64,000 bases of DNA from Bacteroidales bacterium (GCA_017505605.1 JAFVOX010000004.1:18479-82478); one strand, 5' to 3'. Positions 28,742 to 39,017 are shown, counted from the first letter of the stretch. Notes: generated by a model from the letters alone, not told the origin. Program-made: numbers and translations.

Positions 28742-30568
28742 ATGAAAAAGATACTATATATAATATGTATGACGCTCGCGCTTTCATTCGCTGCGGGCTG
28801 TGGCTACCTTGACCAGGAGCCGGATGACCTTATCACAGAAGAAATGGTCTTCAATGATGTGGTCAAGACAAACGGATGGCTTGCCAACATCTACAGCTAT
28901 CTTCCGGATCCATATATGGGCTGGAATATGAAATATGGCCTGAACACCCTCGTGGATGATGTACAGATTCCTCTGGAGTGGTCCGGCTTCGGCTGGTGGT
29001 CTGCTTCTGCGATGAAGGGCAACTGGAGTGCTACATCAAACTATTTCGACCTCTGGGGAGATGTGTACAAGGCGGTACGTGCTTCGTACATTTTCCAGGA
29101 GAAGGTAAAACCTCTCGGATCTGAACTCACAGAGGAAGATGTGGCTTATATGAAGCTGCAGGCGCGTTTTCTTGTAGCATATTACTATGCCCAGATGCTC
29201 GAATTCTATGGTTCGTTCCCTCTTGTCACCGAGTACTACGGCATTGATTCCACCTATGAGGAACTTATGCTCGAGCGTACTCCGTTTGAGGAGATCGTCG
29301 AGTGGCTTGACACCGAACTCACTGAATTGGCAGAGCTTCTCCCGCTCCAGATGAAGAACATCAGCGAGGATCACGGAAGGGCGACCAAGGGTATGGCCCT
29401 GGCGGTGCGCGCACACGTGCATATGCTTGCGGCAAGCCCGCTGTTCAACGGCAACAAGATGTATGCGGATGTGCAGAACGCGGACGGCACTCCACTTTTC
29501 CCTCAGGAGTACGACAAGGAAAAGTGGAAGAGGGCAGCAGATGCGATAAAGGACATCTTCGATCTTGGCGTATATTCATTGTATAAGCAATATAATGAAA
29601 AGGGTGAGATCGATCCTTTCCTTTCATATATGAACATCCATTTTGCCACCGGCGACAGCAACCCGGAGCTGATCTTCATCAACAACAACTGCAACTACGC
29701 AGAGGCTGATCAGAATATGGCTCCGCACGGCTATGGCGACGGTAATGGTGCATATGGCGCGACTCAGAACCTCGTTGACGCATTCTTCACACGCAACGGT
29801 CTCCCGATAGATGAAGACCCGTCCTATGTGGCCAAAGGATATAGTACAGAGGATATACACTATCCTGGTACAGCCTGGACCCGTTCGAACTCAAAGGATG
29901 TCAAAGGTCTCATAACCGAGGCAGGCACACCTAATATGTACTGCAACCGTGAGCCTCGTTTCTATGTTTCGATTATGTGGCACAAGGAATGGTCAAGCCA
30001 GATGGGCGGATTCGTGGATTTTCTCTACGGAGGAGCAAACGGTGGCCCGACATATGACTCTCCGCAGTGCGGCTACCTGATGCGCAAGCGTCAGCACCCG
30101 CAGGCCACAGAGATTGGAAACCAGAACCACCCTTACCGTCACGGAATCATCTTCCGTCTGGGAGAGTTCTACCTCAGCTATGCGGAGGCACTTAATGAGT
30201 ACTATGGTACTTCAGCTCATCCGGAAGCACTTGATTACCTCAACGCGATACGCGAGAGAGCAGGTATCCCGGCTTATGAAGGCTCCTACACCCAGGAGCA
30301 GATGCGTGAAATGATCCGCAGGGAGCGTCGTATCGAGCTTCTTGATGAAGGAAAGCGCTACACTGACCTTCGTCGCTGGCTCCTGTCAAAGGATGTTTTC
30401 AAGGAACCTATCAGGGGCTTGAATGTCAAGGCGACAACAGATGATGCGTACTTCTTTACTCAAAGAAACTTTATGACCCGTTCGTTCGAGGACAAGAACT
30501 ACCTGTGGCCAATTCGACAGACTTACATCGACAATAACCCTAAACTTGTACAGAACTTGGGCTATTAA
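28742..30568 (+). CDS. susD: SusD/RagB-family lipoprotein
   Basis: Lipobox AAGC; GRATKGMALA, FRLGEFYLSYAEALNE, IRRERRIEL..EGKRYTDLRRW, LVQNLGY. Confidence 0.95.
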   Translation: MKKILYIICMTLALSFAAGCGYLDQEPDDLITEEMVFNDVVKTNGWLANIYSYLPDPYMGWNMKYGLNTLVDDVQIPLEWSGFGWWSASAMKGNWSATSNYFDLWGDVYKAVRASYIFQEKVKPLGSELTEEDVAYMKLQARFLVAYYYAQMLEFYGSFPLVTEYYGIDSTYEELMLERTPFEEIVEWLDTELTELAELLPLQMKNISEDHGRATKGMALAVRAHVHMLAASPLFNGNKMYADVQNADGTPLFPQEYDKEKWKRAADAIKDIFDLGVYSLYKQYNEKGEIDPFLSYMNIHFATGDSNPELIFINNNCNYAEADQNMAPHGYGDGNGAYGATQNLVDAFFTRNGLPIDEDPSYVAKGYSTEDIHYPGTAWTRSNSKDVKGLITEAGTPNMYCNREPRFYVSIMWHKEWSSQMGGFVDFLYGGANGGPTYDSPQCGYLMRKRQHPQATEIGNQNHPYRHGIIFRLGEFYLSYAEALNEYYGTSAHPEALDYLNAIRERAGIPAYEGSYTQEQMREMIRRERRIELLDEGKRYTDLRRWLLSKDVFKEPIRGLNVKATTDDAYFFTQRNFMTRSFEDKNYLWPIRQTYIDNNPKLVQNLGY

Positions 30569-30621
30569 AGATCTGTTTTGGCTGATTGTCTATAAAAAAC
30601 TGCAAAATTTTGTGAAAAAGT

Positions 30622-30652
30622 TTTGCAGTTTTATTTTTTGTCTCTATATTTG
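30622..30652 (+). promoter_or_regulatory. Bacteroidetes primary-sigma promoter of tRNA-Pro
   Basis: TTTG (30622) - N19 - TATATTTG (30645) matches the -33/-7 consensus. Confidence 0.75.
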
Positions 30653-30672
30653 CAGTCCCAAATGAGGGAAAA

Positions 30673-30746
30673 CGGGGTGTGGCGCAGTTGGCTAGCGCAT
30701 CTGGTTTGGGACCAGAGGGTCCTGTGTTCGAGTCACAGTACCCCGA
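30673..30746 (+). tRNA. tRNA-Pro (TGG)
   Basis: Acceptor CGGGGTG/TACCCCG; anticodon arm TCTGG-TT-TGG-GA-CCAGA; T arm CTGTG-TTCGAGT-CACAG. CCA not encoded. Confidence 0.96.
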
Positions 30747-30750
30747 CAAG

Positions 30751-30779
30751 AGGCTGATCTTCGGATCAGCCTTTTTTTT
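30751..30779 (+). terminator. Intrinsic terminator after tRNA-Pro
   Basis: AGGCTGATC-TTCG-GATCAGCCT followed by a T-tract. Confidence 0.9.
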
Positions 30780-30839
30780 ATTTTCCTATTATCTTAAAAA
30801 TCGATACCTTTGCTGAAACTGTCACAATGTTGTGCAACC

Positions 30840-30929
30840 TAAACCACTGTCTCACAGGCTTTTAAGCTGAATCACCTGTGGCAGATGGAGCAGGTGATTC
30901 AGTGTAATTATTTGATAGGTAATCATTTA
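30840..30929. repeat. 90-bp 25-40-25 dyad element, copy B (lolD leader)
   Basis: Boxes 30840-30864 and 30905-30929; centred stem CTGAATCACCTG/CAGGTGATTCAG. Confidence 0.75.
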
Positions 30930-30935
30930 GAGAAT

Positions 30936-31589
30936 ATGATGATACAGGCAAAAGGAATAGAAAAGTCGTTCGGATCTTTGAAGGTGCTCAAGGGTCTTGA
31001 TTTCAGTGCGGAAAAGGCGGAAGTCGTGTCCATTATGGGTGCTTCCGGCGCAGGTAAGTCCACCTTGCTCCAGATTTTAGGTACCTTGTCCACTCCGGAT
31101 GCCGGTTCTCTTATAATTGACGGCACGGATGTCCTCAAGCTCACAGGCAAGGCTCTGGCGGAGTTCCGCAACCGCAAACTCGGTTTTGTCTTTCAGTTTC
31201 ATCATCTTCTTCCTGAGTTCAATGCACTGGAAAATGTTATGATTCCGGCCTTCATTGCAGGTCGTTCTAAGAAGGATGCTCAGGCTGCGGCTGAAGCGCT
31301 GCTGGCAGACCTTGGTCTGGCCCAGCGACTGACGCACAAGCCTTCGGAACTTTCGGGAGGAGAGCAGCAGAGAGTGGCTATCGCAAGAGCTCTGATCAAC
31401 AATCCGGCTGTCCTCTTTGCGGATGAGCCATCGGGCAACCTCGACACCAAGACAAAGGAGGAGATCCACAAGCTCTTCTTCGATCTCAGGGACAAATACG
31501 GCCAGACAGTGGTGATCGTCACACACGACCCGGACTTGGCAAAGATGTGCGACCGTTCGCTTTATATGATCGACGGTGTCTTTGTTTAA
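30936..31589 (+). CDS. lolD: Lipoprotein-releasing ABC transporter ATP-binding protein
   Basis: [18 protein letters not shown] (LolD motif), [24 protein letters not shown]. Confidence 0.85.
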   Translation: MMIQAKGIEKSFGSLKVLKGLDFSAEKAEVVSIMGASGAGKSTLLQILGTLSTPDAGSLIIDGTDVLKLTGKALAEFRNRKLGFVFQFHHLLPEFNALENVMIPAFIAGRSKKDAQAAAEALLADLGLAQRLTHKPSELSGGEQQRVAIARALINNPAVLFADEPSGNLDTKTKEEIHKLFFDLRDKYGQTVVIVTHDPDLAKMCDRSLYMIDGVFV

Positions 31590-31598
31590 TATAAAGAT

Positions 31599-32315
31599 AT
31601 GGGAGTCTTCCGTTTTAAAGAGTTTGATGTCGTGAATGAACGCAGTGCGATGAAGGTAAATACCGACGGCGTGCTGCTTGGGGCGGCTATGACCATATTG
31701 CCCGGGGACAGGAGGTTTCTGGATATAGGAACAGGGACGGGTACAATTGCCTTGATGGCGGCGCAAAGGGCGTCTGATTGTGTCAGAATCGACGCTATCG
31801 ATGTTGATGAGGCTTCGGCTGATGAAGCGGGAATGAATTTCAGGAACTCTCCGTGGGCAGACTGCCTTTATGCGTACAACCTGCCGCTGGACAAGTTTGG
31901 CGAGCAGACAGACGCAAAGTACGATCTTATATTTTCAAATCCACCATATTTCGAGGATTCGCTGACGGCGCCAAACGAGAGGAAGAGCACCGCCCGCCAC
32001 ACAACAGACGGACTTTCCTACAGGGATATATTGGAGTTCGCAAGGGAGCGCCTGACAGAGTCAGGACGCGTGTCCTTTGTGCTTCCGGCAGAGCAGGAAG
32101 CAGCACTCTGCCGCTACGCAAGGATGTGCGGACTGCATCTGTTCAATATTCTGCGCGTAAGGACTGTAGAAAGAAAGCAGCCGGCCAGGATAATAGCTGA
32201 ATTCTCACGTGAAAGGTGCGAGAATCCTAAAGATGAGATTCTTACTATACAAAACAAAGGACAGTATACCCGAGAGTATCTGTCCTTGACTCACAATTTC
32301 TACCTTTTCGCCTGA
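31599..32315 (+). CDS. tRNA1(Val) A37 N6-methyltransferase (YfiC/TrmN6 family)
   Basis: FRFKEF...AMKVNTDGVLLGA, LDIGTGTG, SNPPYF, ARH. Confidence 0.88.
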   Translation: MGVFRFKEFDVVNERSAMKVNTDGVLLGAAMTILPGDRRFLDIGTGTGTIALMAAQRASDCVRIDAIDVDEASADEAGMNFRNSPWADCLYAYNLPLDKFGEQTDAKYDLIFSNPPYFEDSLTAPNERKSTARHTTDGLSYRDILEFARERLTESGRVSFVLPAEQEAALCRYARMCGLHLFNILRVRTVERKQPARIIAEFSRERCENPKDEILTIQNKGQYTREYLSLTHNFYLFA

Positions 32316-32786
32316 CTATTTCTTCTGACCCTGCATATCACGCAGTTTGCGGATGTGCTGACGTCTGAACTTTTCTTCTCCGATGTAGAGCTTTGCCACT
32401 TTTGTTGTAGAAAGTACTTTCTTGTACTTTTCGGCGGCATCTTCATCAATCTTTCTCTGCTTTTCCTGAGCTTCCAGGTACTTGTCCAATAAAGACTTGA
32501 TCTCCTTTTCAGACTTTCCGGCCTCGATGGCTTTGCTCATTTCCCAGTAGTACTTGATGACCTCGTACATAGCCTGGTCCTTTTCCTCATTGATCTCATT
32601 ATAAACTGGCCAGAAAACCTGAGCCTCCTGAGGTGTAAGTCCTATTTCCATTGTAAGGAAAGCAATCTTTTCGCTCTGGATCTTTTCCTTCCAGTCTTCC
32701 TTTGTCTCATTGTTTGCAAAGGCATTTGCCGCTCCGAAAACAAGGGTGGCGGCAATGATCATTATCTTTCTGATATCGGTTTTCAT
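32316..32786 (-). CDS. Periplasmic Spy/CpxP-like helical protein associated with an ECF sigma
   Basis: Signal peptide; KIAFLT..IGLTPQEAQVFWPVYNE; third gene of the ECF operon. Confidence 0.7.
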   Translation of the reverse strand: MKTDIRKIMIIAATLVFGAANAFANNETKEDWKEKIQSEKIAFLTMEIGLTPQEAQVFWPVYNEINEEKDQAMYEVIKYYWEMSKAIEAGKSEKEIKSLLDKYLEAQEKQRKIDEDAAEKYKKVLSTTKVAKLYIGEEKFRRQHIRKLRDMQGQKK

Positions 32787-32792
32787 ATGGTG

Positions 32793-33182
32793 TTATTCTG
32801 ATATTTCGATTTCTTCCGCGGTTATACCTGTGTATATAAGGTATTCTATGATGTCACTGTCACCGATCTCAGCATCTGCAATCTGATAGGTGTCTTCCAT
32901 CTCATAGGTTTCCAGGAAATTCTCCGAGAACAGGAAGTAGTCTTCCTGGGTGATTTCTAATTCGTTGCGATCAAACAGGAGTGAGCCGGCAACGAACACA
33001 GAAACAAAGACAGCAGCAAGCGACGCATACGGCGCCAGCCTGCCCCAAAGCGTTACTGTCTGCTCCTTGTGCGGCCTTCTCACCTGTGCCTTGAGGTCGT
33101 TGAAATGACCTTCAGGAACGGTGTAAGGGTTCTGACGGAGCGTCGTGATTTCCGCTAATATGTCTTTCTTGTTTTTGTCCAT
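32793..33182 (-). CDS. Putative anti-sigma factor (single TM)
   Basis: NPYTVPEGHF N-terminus, one TM segment, acidic tail; follows the ECF sigma. Start at 33182 or 33191. Confidence 0.65.
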   Translation of the reverse strand: MDKNKKDILAEITTLRQNPYTVPEGHFNDLKAQVRRPHKEQTVTLWGRLAPYASLAAVFVSVFVAGSLLFDRNELEITQEDYFLFSENFLETYEMEDTYQIADAEIGDSDIIEYLIYTGITAEEIEISE

Positions 33183-33190
33183 ACCTTCCA

Positions 33191-33217
33191 TTAGACACAA
33201 TTAATTGTTAAAGGTTT
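33191..33217 (-). promoter_or_regulatory. Putative ECF promoter of the anti-sigma gene
   Basis: AACC-N14-GTGTCTAA, same geometry as the motif at 33774-33800. Confidence 0.6.
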
Positions 33218-33225
33218 AGAATCTG

Positions 33226-33765
33226 TTATAATATTTTCAAAAGGTCTTCTTTCACTTTGTTGTAGGCGTGGTGATATGATGCTTTCAGGGCTCCTACCGT
33301 CGTGTCGGTGATTTCTGATATCTCCTCATATTTCATTTCGTCGAAGTAGCGGAGGCTGAATACGATCCTCTGTTTTTCCGGGAGTCTCTGGATTGCCTTG
33401 TGGAGTTCCCTCTGAAGGTGGTCTCCGTTGAAATGAGGGTCTTCGTCTATTTTCCTGCAGAATACTTCCGAGGCTGAATCCAGTGATATCAAGGCTTTGA
33501 ATTTCTGTTTTCGCAGATGGTTGAGGACTTCGTTGGTGGCTATTCTGTAAATCCAGGTAAAGAGTTGAGATTCCTTTCTGAATGTCGGCAGAGCTGCCCA
33601 GATCTTGATGAATATGTCCTGCACAAGGTCGTTGGTGTCTTCGTGGCAGCCCAGGAATCTGCGGACGTGCCAGTAGAGTCTTTCCGTGTAGGCATCTACG
33701 ATGCCGTTGAAAGCCTCTTCTTCGCGTCCGTCCGAATATAATTGTATGATTTCCTTGTCTGTCAC
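33226..33765 (-). CDS. ECF-family RNA polymerase sigma factor
   Basis: DLVQDIFIKIW, LFTWIYRIATNE, LPEKQRIVFSLRYFDEMKYEEIS. Confidence 0.93.
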   Translation of the reverse strand: MTDKEIIQLYSDGREEEAFNGIVDAYTERLYWHVRRFLGCHEDTNDLVQDIFIKIWAALPTFRKESQLFTWIYRIATNEVLNHLRKQKFKALISLDSASEVFCRKIDEDPHFNGDHLQRELHKAIQRLPEKQRIVFSLRYFDEMKYEEISEITDTTVGALKASYHHAYNKVKEDLLKIL

Positions 33766-33773
33766 AGCGTTAT

Positions 33774-33800
33774 TTAGACACTTAAAATCGATGTAGGTTA
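33774..33800 (-). promoter_or_regulatory. Putative autoregulated ECF promoter
   Basis: AACC-N14-GTGTCTAA, 8 nt upstream of the GTG start. Confidence 0.6.
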
Positions 33801-33859
33801 AACAAAAGTAGCGAAAAAATTGCTTAATTTGCTATCTTTGCAGCGATTATACACGTACA

Positions 33860-35647
33860 ATGAAGAAAACAAGAAATTTTTGCATCATCGCGCACATCGA
33901 CCACGGTAAGAGTACGCTTGCAGACAGAATGCTGGAAGTGACAAACACTCTCAATGCGCGTGATATGGAGAATCAGGTCCTTGACTCTATGGACCTTGAG
34001 AAAGAGAAGGGAATTACCATCAAGAGTCACGCAATCCAGATGGATTATATGTATAAGGGTGAGCAGTACACCCTTAATCTTATTGACACTCCGGGCCACG
34101 TGGACTTCTCCTATGAGGTGTCAAGAGCTATCGCTTCCTGCGAGGGAGCCCTGCTCGTTGTAGACGCAACTCAGGGAATCCAGGCACAGACAATATCAAA
34201 CCTTTATCTTGCAATCGATCACGACCTTGAGATCGTTCCGGTTCTTAACAAGATCGATGTGGATTCTGCAATGGTAGATGTTGTGACAGACCAGGTTGTA
34301 GACCTGATCGGCTGCAAACCGGAGGATATCCTTCTTGCCTCAGGTAAGACAGGGCAGGGTGTGAAGGAGGTCCTTGACGCTATCGTGGAAAGGATTCCAG
34401 CTCCTGCGGGAGACCCGGAAGCACCTCTTCAGGCCCTCATCTTTGACTCTGTATTCAACTCATTCAGAGGAATCATCGCTTATTTCAAGGTGCTGAATGG
34501 AACCATTAAGAAAGGTGACAAGGTAAAATTCTTCAACACAGGTAAGGAATATGAGGCCGACGAGATCGGAGTCCTCAAGATGAAGATGCACCCTCGTGAC
34601 GAGATTCCTTGCGGGAGTGTAGGTTACATCATATCCGGAATCAAGTCAGCAGTTGAGGTGAAGGTCGGTGACACCATCACCCATCTTGCAAATCCTTGCA
34701 GCGAGGCTATTGCAGGTTTCGAGGAAGTGAAGCCTATGGTCTTCGCCGGTCTTTATCCTGTAGAGACAGACCAGTACGAGGAGCTTCGTGCTTCGCTGGA
34801 GAAGTTCCAGCTCAACGATGCTTCTCTCGTGTTCGAGCCTGAGTCGTCGCTGGCCCTTGGCTTCGGTTTCCGTTGCGGATTCCTTGGTCTGCTCCATCTC
34901 GAGATCGTACAAGAGCGTCTTTTCAGAGAATTCAATATGGACGTCATCACGACAGTTCCGAACGTTTCTTATAAGGTATATACAACCCAGGGAGAGTGCC
35001 TTGATGTGCATAACCCTTCCGGACTTCCAGCAGCTACCCTCATCGACAAGATCGAGGAGCCTTACATCAGGGCGCAGGTGATTTCAAGATCTGACTATTA
35101 TGGTCCGATTATGAAACTCTGTCTGGAAAAGAGAGGAATCCTGATCAACCAGCATTACCTTACTGCAGACCGTCTGGAACTTACTTACGAGATGCCTTTG
35201 TCAGAGATTGTCTTTGACTTCTACGACAAACTCAAGTCCATTTCAAAAGGATATGCTTCATTTGATTATCACGTCGTCGGCTTCAAGGAAGCTAAGCTCG
35301 TGAAACTCGACATCCTTCTTAACGGCGACCCGGCTGATGCGCTTTCTACATTGATTCACGCAGATCACGCTTATGACTTCGGCCGCAAGATGTGTGAGAA
35401 GCTCAAGGAACTCATCCCAAGACAGCAGTTCGACATCGCAATCCAGGCTGCAATCGGAGCGAAGATCATCGCGCGTGAGACTGTAAAGGCTGTCCGCAAG
35501 GATGTGACCGCAAAATGTTATGGTGGTGACATCTCAAGAAAGAGAAAGCTCCTGGAAAAACAGAAGCAGGGTAAGAAGCGAATGAGACAGATCGGAACTG
35601 TCGAAGTTCCTCAAAGCGCCTTTATGGCAGTACTTAAGCTCGATTAA
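33860..35647 (+). CDS. lepA: Translation elongation factor 4
   Basis: [48 protein letters not shown]. Confidence 0.98.
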   Translation: MKKTRNFCIIAHIDHGKSTLADRMLEVTNTLNARDMENQVLDSMDLEKEKGITIKSHAIQMDYMYKGEQYTLNLIDTPGHVDFSYEVSRAIASCEGALLVVDATQGIQAQTISNLYLAIDHDLEIVPVLNKIDVDSAMVDVVTDQVVDLIGCKPEDILLASGKTGQGVKEVLDAIVERIPAPAGDPEAPLQALIFDSVFNSFRGIIAYFKVLNGTIKKGDKVKFFNTGKEYEADEIGVLKMKMHPRDEIPCGSVGYIISGIKSAVEVKVGDTITHLANPCSEAIAGFEEVKPMVFAGLYPVETDQYEELRASLEKFQLNDASLVFEPESSLALGFGFRCGFLGLLHLEIVQERLFREFNMDVITTVPNVSYKVYTTQGECLDVHNPSGLPAATLIDKIEEPYIRAQVISRSDYYGPIMKLCLEKRGILINQHYLTADRLELTYEMPLSEIVFDFYDKLKSISKGYASFDYHVVGFKEAKLVKLDILLNGDPADALSTLIHADHAYDFGRKMCEKLKELIPRQQFDIAIQAAIGAKIIARETVKAVRKDVTAKCYGGDISRKRKLLEKQKQGKKRMRQIGTVEVPQSAFMAVLKLD

Positions 35648-35878
35648 AAAAGGAAAAGGGAAACTTCACAGCTTCCCTTAACTTTTCTTTCTCCGGTCCG
35701 ACTAGAATTGCACACATTAATCTGATGCCGGCCCATCGAAAGAGACGAATAAGATTCTTAACCGAGAACAAAGGTCGCTAGAAGACTCAAGAAACAGGTT
35801 GTACTTTTTGTTGTTTTTGACGTTGTTTTTACTGTTGTACGCCTCAGAAACGTTGTTTTTGTACATATAGAAAAATAG

Positions 35879-36541
35879 ATGATGACATTTTTATCTAAAA
35901 TAAGACCTGACCGTATGAGTTTGTCCCTGGCAGGTGCCCTGCTTGGAACACTGCTGGCAGCTGCGGATTTTCACATATCTCCCTGGGCTGCAATCTTCCT
36001 TGTGCTGGCGGTAATCTCTCTCCAATGGGACTCGATGATCCTTACTATCGCACTTTCGCTGCCGATGATATATTTCTCATTCGGTACCTTGCTCTCCATC
36101 GAGTCTTTTGTGATTGTCTTCCTTGTGTATTTCCTGCTCAAGATGATCCGAGGGTTTGCCGCAGGTTTCGCTCTGTCGAGAAACAGATGGAAGGAGTATG
36201 CCGCTGCCTTTTTCGCATATGGCCCGCTGGCTGTATATATACCTTATTATATATGTTCACATTCCTTCGGCACCTGGCTGCTGCTCTTTCCCTCGCTTGC
36301 GGCAGGCGCGCTGGTGCTGTCCTCATATATTGAGGATAAATCAAAACTTGTGGACAGGGTGCTGGTGTTTGCAGGATTTGCAGCGATGACGGTGTACTCG
36401 TGCCTGAGGATGTTCGACATCTGGCACTTTATGTACCTGCTTTCGCTTCCGATGTTCTTCCTCGGCAGCCGTGTACGCCCTTATGCTGTTCTTGCTTTTG
36501 GCGTCCTTGCAGGAGCGGGTTATCTAGTCTTTCTTCTTTAG
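35879..36541 (+). CDS. Membrane protein, shortened MenA/UbiA-like
   Basis: The N-terminus [23 protein letters not shown] resembles MenA; multi-TM; only 220 aa; no Asp-rich motifs seen. Confidence 0.55.
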   Translation: MMTFLSKIRPDRMSLSLAGALLGTLLAAADFHISPWAAIFLVLAVISLQWDSMILTIALSLPMIYFSFGTLLSIESFVIVFLVYFLLKMIRGFAAGFALSRNRWKEYAAAFFAYGPLAVYIPYYICSHSFGTWLLLFPSLAAGALVLSSYIEDKSKLVDRVLVFAGFAAMTVYSCLRMFDIWHFMYLLSLPMFFLGSRVRPYAVLAFGVLAGAGYLVFLL

Positions 36542-36805
36542 TCTCCAGGAAAATTCTTCGGGAACCGGGTCGTAGCCGCTTCCGCCCCAAGGGTGGCAGC
36601 GCAAGATTCTACGTGCAGTAAGGTAGAACCCTTTTATGGGTCCGTGCTTTTTGAAGGCCTGAAGTCCATAAGCGGAACAGGTGGGTGTGAAACGGCAGGT
36701 AGGTGGCTTCAGAGGTGATATGCACACCTGGTAGAACCTTATCAGGAACACGAAAGGGGAGACGGCAATCTTCTTGAGTGTCTCAAGGAACTTATTCTGA
36801 CTCAT
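36524..36805 (-). CDS. yidD: Membrane protein insertion efficiency factor
   Basis: [10 protein letters not shown]...[17 protein letters not shown]. Confidence 0.95.
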   Translation of the reverse strand: MSQNKFLETLKKIAVSPFVFLIRFYQVCISPLKPPTCRFTPTCSAYGLQAFKKHGPIKGFYLTARRILRCHPWGGSGYDPVPEEFSWRLKKKD

Positions 36806-37160
36806 TTATCTTCCTGATGATCTGTCCGACTGTCTTGTAGATCTCCTCATAGCTGAGGACCTCTTTTGTGGAATACATAAAAAGCAGGTCGACCCCACTC
36901 TTGAGATTGAGGTCGTGCTTCTGCTTTCTGTAGCTTTCTCTGATTCGTCTTTTCAGAAGGTTACGCTTGACCGCGCGTTTGAAAAGCTTCTTCGGCACAG
37001 ACACCATAATGCGGTTGAACTCCTTGCCGTTGTTCGTCAGGCATAGATAGCGCATATTTGGCACATTGCCGTGCCTTCCTTTGGCAAGAAGATGCGAGAT
37101 GCCTGTCTTGCCGCACAATCTTTCCTCCTTGGGAAGAGTATTGGTCTGTGCTGTTTCCAC
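36792..37160 (-). CDS. rnpA: Ribonuclease P protein component
   Basis: [33 protein letters not shown]. Confidence 0.93.
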   Translation of the reverse strand: METAQTNTLPKEERLCGKTGISHLLAKGRHGNVPNMRYLCLTNNGKEFNRIMVSVPKKLFKRAVKRNLLKRRIRESYRKQKHDLNLKSGVDLLFMYSTKEVLSYEEIYKTVGQIIRKINESE

Positions 37161-37901
37161 TTAATTCTTTGAGAGGTAGAGCTCAAGTGCTTTTGCCACC
37201 GATGGTGCTTCTGCAGTAGGAGCCGAAATCTCTATTGTAAGACCTGCTTCCTCCATAGTCTTCACGATGGATCTTCCGTATGAGACAAACCTGATGTCGC
37301 CCTGGGTGAAGTCAGGCTGGTTCTCGTAGAGGGACTTCACGTCTGCAGGGTTGAACAGTACGATGAGGTCGTAAGAGTGAAGGTCCACATCCTTGATGTC
37401 CTGAGACACAGGCTTTACGAACACAGCTGTCTCGAACTCGAACTTCTGAGTCTCGAATTCCTTTGTGATTGCATCCTTTGATGATGATTCTGCTGTAGCG
37501 ATAAGGAACTTCTCGCCCTTGTGCTTGGTTCCGATGAGTCCGATTACAGACGATGGAGTACCGTCACCGAAGAAGATCTTTCTCTTGCGGTAAACGATGT
37601 GCTTCTGCAGATAGTTTGCAACTGCCTCCGAAGTACAGAAATACTTCATAGTTTCAGGCACTTTCACGCGAAGCTCCTCGCAAAGAAGGAAGAAGGCGTC
37701 AATTGTTGAACGTGCTGAAAATACGATTGCAGTATGGTCAAGGATGTTGATTCGCTGAGCACGGAACTCGCGTGAGCTCAGAGGTGAAATCTTATAGAAA
37801 GGCTTGAAGTCAAAGTTGACTCCGAATTTTTCTGCAATGCTGGTATAAGGCGAGGCCGTCGACGGCTGCTGCTGTGAAATCAGGATGTTTTTTACACTCA
37901 T
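37161..37901 (-). CDS. hemD: Uroporphyrinogen-III synthase-like protein
   Basis: ILISQ..SPY, MKYFCTSEAVANYLQKHIVYRKRKIFFG; usual Bacteroidetes position upstream of rnpA-yidD. Confidence 0.8.
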   Translation of the reverse strand: MSVKNILISQQQPSTASPYTSIAEKFGVNFDFKPFYKISPLSSREFRAQRINILDHTAIVFSARSTIDAFFLLCEELRVKVPETMKYFCTSEAVANYLQKHIVYRKRKIFFGDGTPSSVIGLIGTKHKGEKFLIATAESSSKDAITKEFETQKFEFETAVFVKPVSQDIKDVDLHSYDLIVLFNPADVKSLYENQPDFTQGDIRFVSYGRSIVKTMEEAGLTIEISAPTAEAPSVAKALELYLSKN

Positions 37902-37907
37902 TCTAAC

Positions 37908-38525
37908 CTAAAAAATTAATGCTGGAACAACCAGTATTCCAGTCGGAAAAATTTCGAGGGCGCAAAGGTACAAAAATCCTGCGAAAACCGAGCAGGAAGA
38001 GCAGAAAATTTCGAATTTTCTTATAAGCATCAGGGCATATATGGCTGCTGATATCCAAATGATTGCGCTCCTGACCACCTCTGGGGCCGCTCCGAAGAAC
38101 GTCATCGCGCTGCCGGCTCCAAGGACGCACAAGGTCAGAATTATGAAATATGTGAACGAGATTCTTCCGGCCGCCTTCCTTGTCTTTTGGTTCAGTTTCT
38201 TAGGGTAGCTAACTCTGGCTGCAGCAGCACGTACGAGGATATATGCCAGGAATATTCCGATGTAAGCGGCAAGCCGCAGGTTTTCGCCAAGGCTCTGAAG
38301 GGGAGAGATGTCGTATATGCCGAACCGGTATGCCGCGAGGCAGAACGGCAGGATCATCGTCACGGCGCATATGTCGCGGTCGATGCTGTGCTTTACGCTT
38401 GCCTCAAGGTTGATGTTCTCCTTTGCTCTGAACATACATCCGATAAGTGATGGCAACACGACGATCAGCTTCCTCAATGAAGTGATCACTGTCAATGTAG
38501 CTATGAGTGCAAGGATATCAAACAT
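37908..38525 (-). CDS. Membrane protein (DUF4271-like)
   Basis: Multi-TM; C-terminal FLYLCALEIFP; lies upstream of hemD. Confidence 0.7.
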   Translation of the reverse strand: MFDILALIATLTVITSLRKLIVVLPSLIGCMFRAKENINLEASVKHSIDRDICAVTMILPFCLAAYRFGIYDISPLQSLGENLRLAAYIGIFLAYILVRAAAARVSYPKKLNQKTRKAAGRISFTYFIILTLCVLGAGSAMTFFGAAPEVVRSAIIWISAAIYALMLIRKFEIFCSSCSVFAGFLYLCALEIFPTGILVVPALIF

Positions 38526-38526
38526 A

Positions 38527-38871
38527 TCAGTTGCCTCTTTTTGCCTTATATCCCATATCCTTGAGAAGGGTCACGACCCTGTCGCGGAAGTCGCCCTGGA
38601 TTGTGATTTCTCCATCCTTGGCACTTCCTCCCACTCCGCACTTGACCTTGAGTGTCCTTCCGAGCTCAGAAAGGTCGTCGGCGGTACCGACAAATCCGGT
38701 CACCAGGGTGACCTGCTTGCCGCCCCTTCCCTTCCTGTCTATGCTTACGATAAGATTCTGCCTGCAGGGTTCGAGCGTCTGCTCTTCCTGCTCGGCCTCT
38801 TCCTCATATGTAAAATCCGGATTTGTGGAAAATACCACTCCGAGACGCTTCTTCCAGTCGTTCTCTGCCAT
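38527..38871 (-). CDS. yciH: SUI1/YciH-family translation initiation factor
   Basis: WKKRLGVVFSTNPDF, RGGKQVTLV, LKVKCGVGGSAKDGEITIQGD. Confidence 0.9.
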   Translation of the reverse strand: MAENDWKKRLGVVFSTNPDFTYEEEAEQEEQTLEPCRQNLIVSIDRKGRGGKQVTLVTGFVGTADDLSELGRTLKVKCGVGGSAKDGEITIQGDFRDRVVTLLKDMGYKAKRGN

Positions 38872-38957
38872 AGGTATGTGATTTGCAGTTAATTTATTTT
38901 TGCAAATATACTGATTACTTTCTTATATTTGTCGGTTTATTGAAAGTATTGACACAT

Positions 38958-39017
38958 CGTCATTCCCGGCTCGACCGGGAATCTCTTATAAGGTTGCCGA
39001 TAGAGTCGGCAATGACG
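38958..39017. repeat. Inverted dimer of CGTC-tagged REP-like palindromes
   Basis: CGTCATTCCCGGCTCGACCGGGAATCT on + and CGTCATTGCCGACTCTATCGGCAACCT on -. Confidence 0.8.

Noticed and set aside
30673-30780. tRNA-Pro as the integration site of an island carrying the PUL
   Set aside because: No integrase and no duplicated tRNA 3' end seen; the PUL is upstream of the tRNA and has host-like codon usage.
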